DNA of 64,000 nucleotides, taken from the NCBI GenBank assembly GCA_015152515.1, contig SUTV01000006.1:39457-103456 (forward strand), given 5' to 3'. Of the stretch, positions 47,501 to 56,004 are shown in pieces. The translations under genes were made by a program, and so were the position numbers. Source of the DNA: Cyanobacteria bacterium SIG29 (lineage in GTDB: Bacteria > Cyanobacteriota > Vampirovibrionia > Gastranaerophilales > Gastranaerophilaceae). The notes beneath the pieces were generated by a model, which worked only from the letters and a program-made list of their open reading frames with translations, did not search any database and was not told the DNA's origin. The stretch's first letter is position 1, and each line of letters starts with the position of its first letter.

Positions 47501-48682
47501 TTATATTTCTCTCAATGCTTGAGCTAAACGTTCAATACCTGTTCTGATTGTTTCTTCATCTGCATTTGTATAGTTTAATCTTAAAGTATTAACTTTATCT
47601 GGATTTACATAAAATGGATGTCCAGGTACAAATGCTACATTTTTTGCAATTGCTTTATCAAATAATGTTAGAACATCTTTCCCTTTTTCAATTGTTACCC
47701 AAGTGAACATACCACCTTTTGGATGTGTGAATTTAACATTTTTAGGAAAAAATTCTTCCATTGCATTTATCATTGCGCTTGCTTGAGTTTTATATAATTT
47801 TTTGATTTTTTCAATGTGTTTGTCTAAATCATTATTTTGTAAGTAATCAGCAATTAAATATTGACCAAAAATATTAGAATGTAAATCTGATGCTTGTTTT
47901 GCAGTTTCTAACATTTTAATGATTTCTTTATCTGCAATTGCATAACCAAGTCTCATTCCTGGTGTTACAATTTTAGAGAAAGAACCTAAGTATATGTTTT
48001 TATTTGTTTGATTCATTCCAATATATGGAATTCTTTCTGTATCTTCAAAACGAAGTTCTCCATATGGGTCATCTTGTATTAAAAGCATATTTTCATCTTT
48101 AATAGCTTCAAAAACTTTTTCTCTATTTTCTTTTGTGTATGTCAAACCTGTTGGGTTTTGAAAGTTTGGAATTAAGTAAGCTAATTTTGGTTTATATGTC
48201 TTTAATGTGTTTTTTAAATCTTCAATATCAAGTCCATCATCATTTAATTGAGTTTGAACAAAGTTTGTTCTATACATGCAAAAAGATTGTAATAAACCCA
48301 AGTATGAAGGTTTTTCAACCATAACGGTATCACCTTCATTTATGAATGTTTTGCCTATTAAGTCTAAAGCTTGTTGAGAACCAGTTGTTATTATTACATT
48401 ATCAATTGTAATATCCATATTCCAAAGCTTTTTGTATCTATCTACAATGTATTGTCTCAATGAATCCAATCCATTTGTCGTTGAATATTGATATATTTTT
48501 GCTCCGAATTGTTTTGTTATTCTGTCTATGGATACTTTAAGTTCTTCTTGTGGAAAAGAAATTGGGTTAGGAAGTCCACCAGCAAAAGAAATAATTTCAG
48601 AGTTTTGTGTGACTTTTAATATTTCTCTGATAAAAGATGATGGTGTGTTTTTAATTCTTTCTGAATAATAATTTTCAAACAT
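47501..48682 (-). CDS. PLP-dependent aminotransferase, class I/II (LysN/ARO8-like)
   Basis: SFAGGLPNP, NPTG and SFSKIVTPGMRLGY (PLP lysine) blocks. Its stop lies 2 nt before the next gene start. Confidence 0.85.
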   Translation of the reverse strand: MFENYYSERIKNTPSSFIREILKVTQNSEIISFAGGLPNPISFPQEELKVSIDRITKQFGAKIYQYSTTNGLDSLRQYIVDRYKKLWNMDITIDNVIITTGSQQALDLIGKTFINEGDTVMVEKPSYLGLLQSFCMYRTNFVQTQLNDDGLDIEDLKNTLKTYKPKLAYLIPNFQNPTGLTYTKENREKVFEAIKDENMLLIQDDPYGELRFEDTERIPYIGMNQTNKNIYLGSFSKIVTPGMRLGYAIADKEIIKMLETAKQASDLHSNIFGQYLIADYLQNNDLDKHIEKIKKLYKTQASAMINAMEEFFPKNVKFTHPKGGMFTWVTIEKGKDVLTLFDKAIAKNVAFVPGHPFYVNPDKVNTLRLNYTNADEETIRTGIERLAQALREI

Positions 48683-48800
48683 AACGACTATCCTTGTTCC
48701 TTTTTATAATACTTCTATCATATAACAAAATCTTATGTTTTGGCAAAAGTTAATAAGTTATTTTCTCAACAATCAACTATATATTAAATAAGAAATTAAA

Positions 48801-48809
48801 TGTTATAAT
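48801..48809 (+). promoter_or_regulatory. extended -10 element (TGTTATAAT) placing the nth start codon at or next to the transcription start
   Basis: TGnTATAAT ends 6 nt before ATG 48816. There is no SD. Confidence 0.35.
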
Positions 48810-48815
48810 TTTTTT

Positions 48816-49463
48816 ATGATTAAAAATTTTAATGAAATTATTTCTGGGATTGAAAAATTAAATCTTCCATATACTGAATTTGTTAAATTTATGGAGGATA
48901 TTAATGATCCGTTTATTGTTTTAATTGCTTGTATTTTATCATTAAGAACAAATGATATTACAACATATCCTGCAACAATGAGAATGTTAAAACTAGGCAG
49001 AACTCCAAAAGATTTTTTAACTGTTAAATTAGATGATTTGGAAAATGCCATTTATCCTGTCGGATTTTATAAAAATAAAGCTAAACAAATTTTAGATATA
49101 GCATATGAACTTTATCACAATTATAATAGCGCCGTTCCTAATGAAATTGATGAATTAATTAAGTTTAAAGGTGTTGGTAGAAAAACTGCTAATTTAGTTT
49201 TAGCAAAAGGTTATAATTTGCCTAGTATTTGTGTTGATGTTCATGTTCATAGAATATCTAATAGGTTAGGATTATGTAAAACAAATGAACCTGAAGAAAC
49301 TGAATTTGCTCTTAAAAATAATTTGCCTAAAAAATCTTGGTCTAAGATAAATACTTTGTTCGTAACTTTAGGACAAAATGTTTGTAAGCCAACAAAACCC
49401 TTGTGCGATAAATGCAATTTGGGTAATTATTGTGCTTATTATAAAAAGATGAATAAAGTCTAA
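48816..49463 (+). CDS. nth: endonuclease III
   Basis: Contains HhH-GPD (LIKFKGVGRKTANLVL), the catalytic K/D region and a C-terminal 4Fe-4S loop, CKPTKPLCDKCNLGNYC. Confidence 0.9.
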   Translation: MIKNFNEIISGIEKLNLPYTEFVKFMEDINDPFIVLIACILSLRTNDITTYPATMRMLKLGRTPKDFLTVKLDDLENAIYPVGFYKNKAKQILDIAYELYHNYNSAVPNEIDELIKFKGVGRKTANLVLAKGYNLPSICVDVHVHRISNRLGLCKTNEPEETEFALKNNLPKKSWSKINTLFVTLGQNVCKPTKPLCDKCNLGNYCAYYKKMNKV

Positions 49464-50467
49464 GAATCGTACCCTATTGTTTCTATTTTATGAAGGCAAT
49501 AAACATTTTTATTATCTTTTGTTTTTGGGTTTATTGGACATCCACCTCTGCAAACAAATTTATGTTCACATTCTTTGCAAAAGCCTATTAGTTCTTGTTT
49601 TTGAGGTTGTCTATTATAAGCAAATGCGTCGTGGTTTTGCCATATTTCAGAAAATGGAGTGTTTGTTATGTTGCCTTCTGAATTATTCATATTTGGGCAA
49701 CCTTTAACATTTCCGTCACTTTCAATACTTACAGAAAAAATACCACATTCACAGCCTCTCCATTCTTGTATTGAAAGGTTTGGTGTAAGTAGAGAATTAT
49801 ATCCAATACAATCAGCTTCTACAATTTGTATTTTTTTACCGTATTTTTTTCTGTACTCTACTATTTTTTCTGCAAGTTTATAATATTGTTCTTCTGTTAA
49901 TAATTCATCATCAACAAGTCTTTCACTTGGTTTTACTATTTGCAGTTGCCAAGTATCAGCTTTTAATTTAATTAGTAAATCTTTAATTTTATCTAACTCA
50001 TCAAAATTAGATTTCATTACGGTTGTAGGTATTCCAACATAAATCCCAGCTTTTTTTAATTTTGGAATTATTTTTGTAAAATTATCAAAAATACCTTTTA
50101 CACCCCTGATTTTATCGTGAGTATCAGCGCTTGCTCCATCTAAACTAATACCAAGGCTAACATTAAAAAGTTTTAGCGTTTTTATAATTTCATCATTTAT
50201 TTTTAGACCATTTGTCATCATAACAATTTGCATATTAAGTGAGTTTGCTTTTTGTACAAATAATGGCCAATCTTCTCTTAAAAAGGCTTCTCCACCTGTG
50301 AAAACGATTGTAGAACAACCTTCATCAGATAGTTCTTCTATTAATTTTATAATTCTATCTGTACTTAATTCGTTTTCTTTTTCATATAGAGCATCAACAA
50401 TACAGTGTTTGCAACGAGCATTACATTTTCTTGTTAATTCTATTGTGGCGCTATAAACTTTATACAT
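49460..50467 (-). CDS. radical SAM/SPASM-domain protein (peptide- or cofactor-maturase-like)
   Basis: CX3CX2C is at residues 15-22 (CNARCKHC), with GGEAFL downstream. The C-terminal SPASM-type cysteines are CECG...GCPN...CKECEHKFVCRGGC. There is no N-terminal RRE-sized extension. Confidence 0.8.
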   Translation of the reverse strand: MYKVYSATIELTRKCNARCKHCIVDALYEKENELSTDRIIKLIEELSDEGCSTIVFTGGEAFLREDWPLFVQKANSLNMQIVMMTNGLKINDEIIKTLKLFNVSLGISLDGASADTHDKIRGVKGIFDNFTKIIPKLKKAGIYVGIPTTVMKSNFDELDKIKDLLIKLKADTWQLQIVKPSERLVDDELLTEEQYYKLAEKIVEYRKKYGKKIQIVEADCIGYNSLLTPNLSIQEWRGCECGIFSVSIESDGNVKGCPNMNNSEGNITNTPFSEIWQNHDAFAYNRQPQKQELIGFCKECEHKFVCRGGCPINPKTKDNKNVYCLHKIETIGYDS

Positions 50468-50471
50468 AAAA

Positions 50472-50510
50472 AACCTCTCAGTCTACTTTATTATATAGAT
50501 TTGAGAGGTT
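50472..50510 (-). promoter_or_regulatory. hairpin between the Pro-rich small gene and the rSAM/SPASM gene that includes the rSAM SD
   Basis: On the minus strand, AACCTCTCA, 21-nt loop, TGAGAGGTT, then TTTT ATG. The 3' arm contains GAGAGG, 6 nt before the rSAM ATG. Confidence 0.5.
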
Positions 50511-50527
50511 TTTGTAAAATTTAAAAA

Positions 50528-50830
50528 TTATTTTCCTATTTTTTTATCAATAACTTTTTTTATTAAAGCACCAGCTGTTAATGCTAAAGCAATTAGACCT
50601 CCAGCCATTACACCATTTTTGATTTTTTTCTTTTCTAAAATTTCTGAAATTAATTTTTCTATTTTAGATTTTGGTGGTGCAGTAAGTACGCCAGCTGTTG
50701 TAAATGGTGGTTTTGTTGTTGGTTTAAATGGTGGTGGAACAATTTTTCCAGCCATAATTGGTGGATTTTTAGGTCCTGGTATTGGTTTTGTTTGTGGTCT
50801 TACTAATCCTGCTAGTGGTTTCATTTGCAT
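50528..50830 (-). CDS. proline-rich, C-terminally anchored small protein
   Basis: 100 aa with a strong SD (AAAGGAG, 8-nt spacing). The N-terminal 55 aa are K/P-rich (KPIPGPKNPP, PPPFKPTTKPPF). A single C-terminal TM helix follows (GVMAGGLIALALTAGALI). No Cys. Confidence 0.5.
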   Translation of the reverse strand: MQMKPLAGLVRPQTKPIPGPKNPPIMAGKIVPPPFKPTTKPPFTTAGVLTAPPKSKIEKLISEILEKKKIKNGVMAGGLIALALTAGALIKKVIDKKIGK

Positions 50831-50918
50831 ATCTTATTCTCCTTTACTATTCCGATAATTAGATAAAACAAATGAAGATTTCGGATTGACTTGTTTAAAA
50901 GAATTATTAAGAATTATT

Positions 50919-52220
50919 TTATTTTCCACAACAATTTTTGAATTTTTTGCCACTTCCACAAGGGCATTTGTCGTTTCTTCCAACATTAGAATAATCTACA
51001 TCAGATGTTTGTTTTGTTTCTTCTTTTTCTGTTACAACTTTCATCATTGTTTCAAATACTTTAGATGCATATAAAACGCTTGCTGATGAGAAAATTTTCT
51101 TTTCAACAGAATCTGATTTGTAGTAGTTTAATAATTTGTCTAAAGAGTATGCTGTTTCTAAAATTTCATTTGTTCTATTCATAAAGTTTGAATATTTATT
51201 AGCTACTCTTTTTATTATATTTGCTGGTACTTTGTCATTTTCTAAAAAGCTTTTAATACAGTCTTTGTAGCCTTGAATTGTTTTGTAATCATCTACTTCA
51301 TAAATTTTGCAGAAGGTTTGATAAAATGGCAGAACAAATAAACCTAGTTCTTTGTCATAAACTATACCGATATCATAAACTGATGTATGAGAAGAAAAAC
51401 CTTCTAATGATTTTTCCATAAAATCTGAATATGAGTTTTTAAAATCAGAAACTGTAAAATATCTGTTAGTTTCTACTTGTTTTATATTAGCTTCAAAATC
51501 TTCTTTTTCAGGCATAATATCTTCGTCGCAATATATGTTGAATAAGTTGATTAAATTATCTGCATAAATATTTGTTGTAATAACTTCATCTTTATTAAAA
51601 CATTCAAGAAATTTTTTTCCAAAATTTTCAACTAATTGTTCAATTTGTTCTTGTTTTTTAGGGTTTTGTTCATATGCATCTTCTGGTTTTTCTATAATTT
51701 TTGCGATTGCAAATTTATAAACTTCATCTTTGTTGATACTTGATAATACATTTGATATTTCTAGTAAATAAAATTCATCTTTCATTTGGAAAATTCTACA
51801 TAGTGCAAATTGTCCAGGGGTTACACCTCTAAAATTGTTCATTTTAACTAGAGATAATACTTTATACATTCTTTCATTAACTAAGTTATAAAGCTCAAAT
51901 CCATTGCTTAAAACTCTTCTAACTTCAAAAACTGAAGAAATAGATGTTTCTAAATTTTTAATAATTTCTTGTTCTTCTTTTGTTAATTCTGAATTATTTT
52001 CAATAAATAATTCAATTATTGTTTTTTTATTTTCAGTTAATCTTCTTTCAAAAATATAAGGGATAACAAGTGCTTGAACTCTTGCTTTATCAGCATTTTT
52101 GGCTGAAAGTGTAGCTAAATATTCTTCAAAATCTGGTTTTACTATTTCATTTGTTATAACAAAGTTCATAATTTTTGTTATTGTATCTGAAATAATGGCT
52201 AATTTTTCTATTACTGACAT
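50919..52220 (-). CDS. SEC-C motif-containing hypothetical protein
   Basis: 433 aa. The C-terminus CPCGSGKKFKNCCGK is the SEC-C metal-binding motif. The remainder is unrecognised. Confidence 0.6.
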   Translation of the reverse strand: MSVIEKLAIISDTITKIMNFVITNEIVKPDFEEYLATLSAKNADKARVQALVIPYIFERRLTENKKTIIELFIENNSELTKEEQEIIKNLETSISSVFEVRRVLSNGFELYNLVNERMYKVLSLVKMNNFRGVTPGQFALCRIFQMKDEFYLLEISNVLSSINKDEVYKFAIAKIIEKPEDAYEQNPKKQEQIEQLVENFGKKFLECFNKDEVITTNIYADNLINLFNIYCDEDIMPEKEDFEANIKQVETNRYFTVSDFKNSYSDFMEKSLEGFSSHTSVYDIGIVYDKELGLFVLPFYQTFCKIYEVDDYKTIQGYKDCIKSFLENDKVPANIIKRVANKYSNFMNRTNEILETAYSLDKLLNYYKSDSVEKKIFSSASVLYASKVFETMMKVVTEKEETKQTSDVDYSNVGRNDKCPCGSGKKFKNCCGK

Positions 52221-52945
52221 ATTATATCCCCTTTTATTTTGACAATCGCACTATGGCGAGCAGTTATTCCTTTTTCTTTTCTATATGAAAAAAATATATC
52301 AGACATACAGCATGTGCAATAGCTACAAACGTCTATGTCTTTTACACCTATTTTAATTAGTTGTTCATAGTTTAATTTCTTTAAATCGATAAAAAATTTA
52401 TTATTTTTTTCTTCATATAAATCAGTTTGATTTTTATTTTTAATTAGTTTTTCAAAAACTTCTTTATCTGTTTCAAAACAACATTTTCCAATGCTTGGAC
52501 CAATCAAAGCTGTTATTTTTTCTGTTGGAATATTCATTTTTTCAACAGTTTTTCTTACTATTTCTTGTTGTGTTCCTCTCCAACCTGCATGAACAATAGC
52601 GCCAATATTATGTTTTTTACTATATAGAATTATTGGAACACAATCAGCAAAGTTCATTAATAAAATTGAATTTTCAATGTCTGATATTAATGCATCTGTA
52701 TCTTCATAATAATTCTTTTCTTTGTTTACTTTTGCAATATTATCAGAGTGTATTTGCTTTGCGCTTGTTATTTTATTATTTAGTTTTTTTTCTAAAAATT
52801 GACGGTTTAAGTTTGCTGTTTCAATTAAATCATCTCTATTTGCTGGTGTTAAAACAAAGTCTCTTGTTGTAAAAAAACAGTCATAATCAGCTAAAAAAGT
52901 TGATTTTAAAACTTTTTTTCCGTAAAAATCATCAAAATAGAACAT
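52211..52945 (-). CDS. pgeF: YfiH/PgeF-family (laccase-domain) peptidoglycan editing factor
   Basis: Contains KQIHSD, DALISD, ADCVPI, HAGWRGT and C-terminal CSYCT motifs. Confidence 0.85.
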   Translation of the reverse strand: MFYFDDFYGKKVLKSTFLADYDCFFTTRDFVLTPANRDDLIETANLNRQFLEKKLNNKITSAKQIHSDNIAKVNKEKNYYEDTDALISDIENSILLMNFADCVPIILYSKKHNIGAIVHAGWRGTQQEIVRKTVEKMNIPTEKITALIGPSIGKCCFETDKEVFEKLIKNKNQTDLYEEKNNKFFIDLKKLNYEQLIKIGVKDIDVCSYCTCCMSDIFFSYRKEKGITARHSAIVKIKGDIICQ

Positions 52946-53598
52946 TAATTTTCTACCGTATTAAAAATTCTATCGCCGGCATCACCAAGACCAGGACATA
53001 TGTATCCGTGTTCATTTAGGTGTTTATCAATATTTGCTGTGACTATTTGAACATCTGGGAAGGCTTTTTGTACTTTTTCCAAACCTTCAGGTGCACTAAT
53101 CAAACTAACAAATCGAATATTTTTTTGAGGTACATTTTTATTTGTGAACAGCTTAATTGCATCAATTGCAGAGTTACCTGTTGCAAGCATTGGGTCTAAA
53201 ATTAATATAATTTTATTTTCTGGATGATTAAATTCAATAGGAATTTTATTGTAATACCAAACTGGAGTTAGTGTTTGTTCATCTCTATACATACCAATAT
53301 GTCTTACGGTTGCATATGGCATTATTTCATTAGCAATATCAGAAAAAATTAAGCCAGCTCTTAAAATTGGTGCAATAATAATTTCATTTTTATTGCTTAA
53401 TTTTTTAGAATTACATTTTTCTAAAGGTGTTTCAATAACTACATCTTCAAGCTCTAAATCTTCTGTTGCTTTATAAAAAAGTAAATAAGTAATTCTTCTA
53501 ATTGCATTTCTAAAAACTTCTGCACTTGTATTTTTATCTCTTATTATGCTTAAGTTATGACAACATAATGGATGATTTACAACATGAACATTATTCAT
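52945..53598 (-). CDS. upp: uracil phosphoribosyltransferase
   Basis: Contains the ILRAGL and LDPMLATGNS PRPP motifs and a C-terminal YICPGLGDAGDR. Its stop overlaps the pgeF start (TAATG). Confidence 0.9.
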   Translation of the reverse strand: MNNVHVVNHPLCCHNLSIIRDKNTSAEVFRNAIRRITYLLFYKATEDLELEDVVIETPLEKCNSKKLSNKNEIIIAPILRAGLIFSDIANEIMPYATVRHIGMYRDEQTLTPVWYYNKIPIEFNHPENKIILILDPMLATGNSAIDAIKLFTNKNVPQKNIRFVSLISAPEGLEKVQKAFPDVQIVTANIDKHLNEHGYICPGLGDAGDRIFNTVEN

Positions 53599-54223
53599 TT
53601 ATTTGTTCCTTTTTTGTTTTATTGTAAGTACTTTCTGTTAGCTTGTAAATAATTATTGATTGAGCGGTATTAATTTTATTAGTTTCATTTGTTATTTGTT
53701 TAACAAGTCCGCTTTGTTTAAATAGATGTTTGTTGTTTAATAGGTCTGCATTTTGGATTGTTATACCTAATCCGCCATAAATATCTATTAAAATATTAGA
53801 AACTAACTCTTGTCCGTCCCATAGGTCTTTAACTCTGTATGATGTGCCTTCGTGTATCATTTCATCACTTGGATTATCTGAAGATGTTGAAGGGTCTAAC
53901 TCTAAAGAAGTTGAACCACCTAATCCATAAAAAGCAATAGTTGCTGTTGCGTGTTTTGGAACTTCTATATTTTCTTTTGTAACTAAAAATGAAACAAACA
54001 CTTTATTATCAAAGATTTTTATATCTCTTACATAACCAACATCAATGCCCATTATTCTAACAACAGAGCCTTGTACAAGACCATCTACATCATTAAAAAA
54101 GGTATAGTATGTGTTTTTTACATTATTTTTTATTGATGTGTTGTAAATAAAAAAGAATAAACTTACTGAAATTATCAGTAGCCAAATAATTATTTCAAAA
54201 AACCAAATGTATCTTCTTTTCAT
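53591..54223 (-). CDS. mlaD: MlaD/MCE-domain protein
   Basis: N-terminal TM helix, then DVDGLVQGSVVRIMGIDVGYVRDI, a typical MCE core. Confidence 0.6.
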   Translation of the reverse strand: MKRRYIWFFEIIIWLLIISVSLFFFIYNTSIKNNVKNTYYTFFNDVDGLVQGSVVRIMGIDVGYVRDIKIFDNKVFVSFLVTKENIEVPKHATATIAFYGLGGSTSLELDPSTSSDNPSDEMIHEGTSYRVKDLWDGQELVSNILIDIYGGLGITIQNADLLNNKHLFKQSGLVKQITNETNKINTAQSIIIYKLTESTYNKTKKEQINE

Positions 54224-54244
54224 AGCTTAATTATAATACAAAAA

Positions 54245-55027
54245 TTACTTCTGAGAAATTTTGTAAAGACCAATTGCTCCAGTTAAAATTAGTACTATGG
54301 CTGCTATATGTGCAATATGGAAGTTGCTAATATTTAATATACTATCAACGCGAAGTGTTTCTGTTAATAATCTTGCGATTGAATATAAAATCAAGTATGA
54401 AAAAAAGATTAAACCGTTTTTCATTGTTTCGTTATTTTTTCTTAATATTAAATATAAAATTATTAAGATTATTAAGTTTAATATGGATTCATATAAAAAT
54501 GTTGGATGAAAGAATTCGTAATTTCTATATTCAATTGGTCTTAATTGATATGGAATATATAATTTCCAAGGAAGCTCTGTCGGTAATCCAAATGCTTCAG
54601 AATTAAAATAGTTTCCCCATCTGCCAATTATTTGACCTGTAATTAGTCCAAATGAAAATAAGTCAGCAAGTTTTAAAAAGTTCAAATTATTTTGTTTTGC
54701 GTATGTGTATCCACCAATTATTCCACCAAGTATTGCGCCTTGTATTGATATTCCACCATTCCATATCATTGGAATTTCAAATGGATGTCTTAAAAAATAT
54801 GGTGCATCTAATATTACATAATATAATCTTGCGCCAATAAGACCTGTAATGATTAAAACGAAAGATAAATCGCAAATTGTATCAATAGATATTTCTTTAA
54901 AGTATTTTTTGTTTATAAATATTATTACGAATAAAGCAATTAAAATTGCTAATGCCATAATTATTCCATACCAGTGAATGTCAAAAGATAAAAAACTAAA
55001 TGCGATATGACCTGGTGATTTAAACAT
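54245..55027 (-). CDS. lgt: prolipoprotein diacylglyceryl transferase
   Basis: Contains IHWYGIIMALA, GARLYYV, GRWGNYFNSEAFG and HPTFLYES signature blocks. Confidence 0.9.
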   Translation of the reverse strand: MFKSPGHIAFSFLSFDIHWYGIIMALAILIALFVIIFINKKYFKEISIDTICDLSFVLIITGLIGARLYYVILDAPYFLRHPFEIPMIWNGGISIQGAILGGIIGGYTYAKQNNLNFLKLADLFSFGLITGQIIGRWGNYFNSEAFGLPTELPWKLYIPYQLRPIEYRNYEFFHPTFLYESILNLIILIILYLILRKNNETMKNGLIFFSYLILYSIARLLTETLRVDSILNISNFHIAHIAAIVLILTGAIGLYKISQK

Positions 55028-55029
55028 TT

Positions 55030-55611
55030 TTATTGTTCTTGTTTATTAATTTCTTCGCTAATTTTTTCTTGGTTTGATGCTGATATATCACTGTATACTT
55101 GAGCTAATTCTTTTATTTTAGAATTAAGACCTTCAATGTGTTCGTTAACTTTATCTGAATCTTGAGCGTTGACTTTTTTAATTAAATATTCATTATAAGC
55201 ATCAATTGCTTCTTGCGCGTTATTATTAAATTTTGAAATTTCGTCTAGTGATAATTCTTCGTTTTCTTCTTTATTTATCATGCCGTATGCAATTTCTTCT
55301 TTTGCAACTGCTAAAGTATAAAATGCTTCGGCAAAATCTGGTTTTAATTCAATGACCTTTTTTGATTCATCAATGGATTCTTCATAGTTTCCAATAGTGT
55401 TATAGGCTACAGCTAGATTATAATGTGTTTGGTAGATTTCAGTATCTAAATCTAGGCTCGACTTCAAACGACAAATTGCAGTTTGTGTGTCACCTTTATC
55501 CATGTATGCCGCTGCTTTGTTATTTAATTCTTGTATAGCCAAGTTATTAATGCAAGCAGTGGTTATTACTGATACAAATAAAATTGTAAACAATAACAGT
55601 ACTTTTTTCAT
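55030..55611 (-). CDS. TPR-repeat lipoprotein
   Basis: Signal peptide with lipobox (VITTAC), followed by about 3 TPR units. Confidence 0.6.
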   Translation of the reverse strand: MKKVLLLFTILFVSVITTACINNLAIQELNNKAAAYMDKGDTQTAICRLKSSLDLDTEIYQTHYNLAVAYNTIGNYEESIDESKKVIELKPDFAEAFYTLAVAKEEIAYGMINKEENEELSLDEISKFNNNAQEAIDAYNEYLIKKVNAQDSDKVNEHIEGLNSKIKELAQVYSDISASNQEKISEEINKQEQ

Positions 55612-55719
55612 AAATCTCCCCTGTACCCTTATTAACTATAAGGGTATTTTTAAAATTTTGCAATATTTTTAAAATATTATACAATATTTGGTGTAGATAG
55701 ATAATTAAAGAGATTTATT

Positions 55720-56004
55720 ATGAGCGAATCAGAAAAAATTGTATCTCTAAAAAGTGCAAGAAATAAAACAAAAGAAGTTCAAAAAGAATCTAAAAATGAA
55801 GAAGTTTCTCAAACTAATGAACCAGTTTATTGTAGTTTTTGTGGCAGACCAAATACACAAGTAGTTAAAATGGTGCAAGGTCCTGGTGTGAACATTTGTT
55901 CTGAATGTACTATGATTGCTGTTCAATATTTGATTTTAGAAGATAAATTGCCTTCTAGTGAAGCTCAAAAAATATTAGATATATTTTGGAGTAAAATTAA
56001 ATAA
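55720..56004 (+). CDS. stand-alone ClpX-type C4 zinc-ribbon (ZBD) protein
   Basis: YCSFCGRPNTQVVKMVQGPGVNICSECTMIAVQYL matches the ClpX N-terminal zinc-binding domain. No AAA+ module follows. Confidence 0.6.
   Translation: MSESEKIVSLKSARNKTKEVQKESKNEEVSQTNEPVYCSFCGRPNTQVVKMVQGPGVNICSECTMIAVQYLILEDKLPSSEAQKILDIFWSKIK

Noticed and set aside
50619-50858. 79-aa Gly-rich hydrophobic ORF (bacteriocin-like appearance) on the plus strand
   Set aside because: It is the exact antisense of the Pro-rich gene (CCN versus NGG mirror). It starts with TTG and has no SD. The minus-strand ORF has a strong AAAGGAG SD and is co-oriented with its neighbours.
55623-55650. Hairpin GTACCCTTAT TAACT ATAAGGGTAT followed by Ts in the divergent region between the TPR lipoprotein and ZBD genes, considered as an sRNA or terminator
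   Set aside because: No gene or promoter lies upstream on the plus strand that it could terminate. On the minus strand it sits in the 5' leader just before the GGGGAG SD. The evidence is insufficient to call either function.
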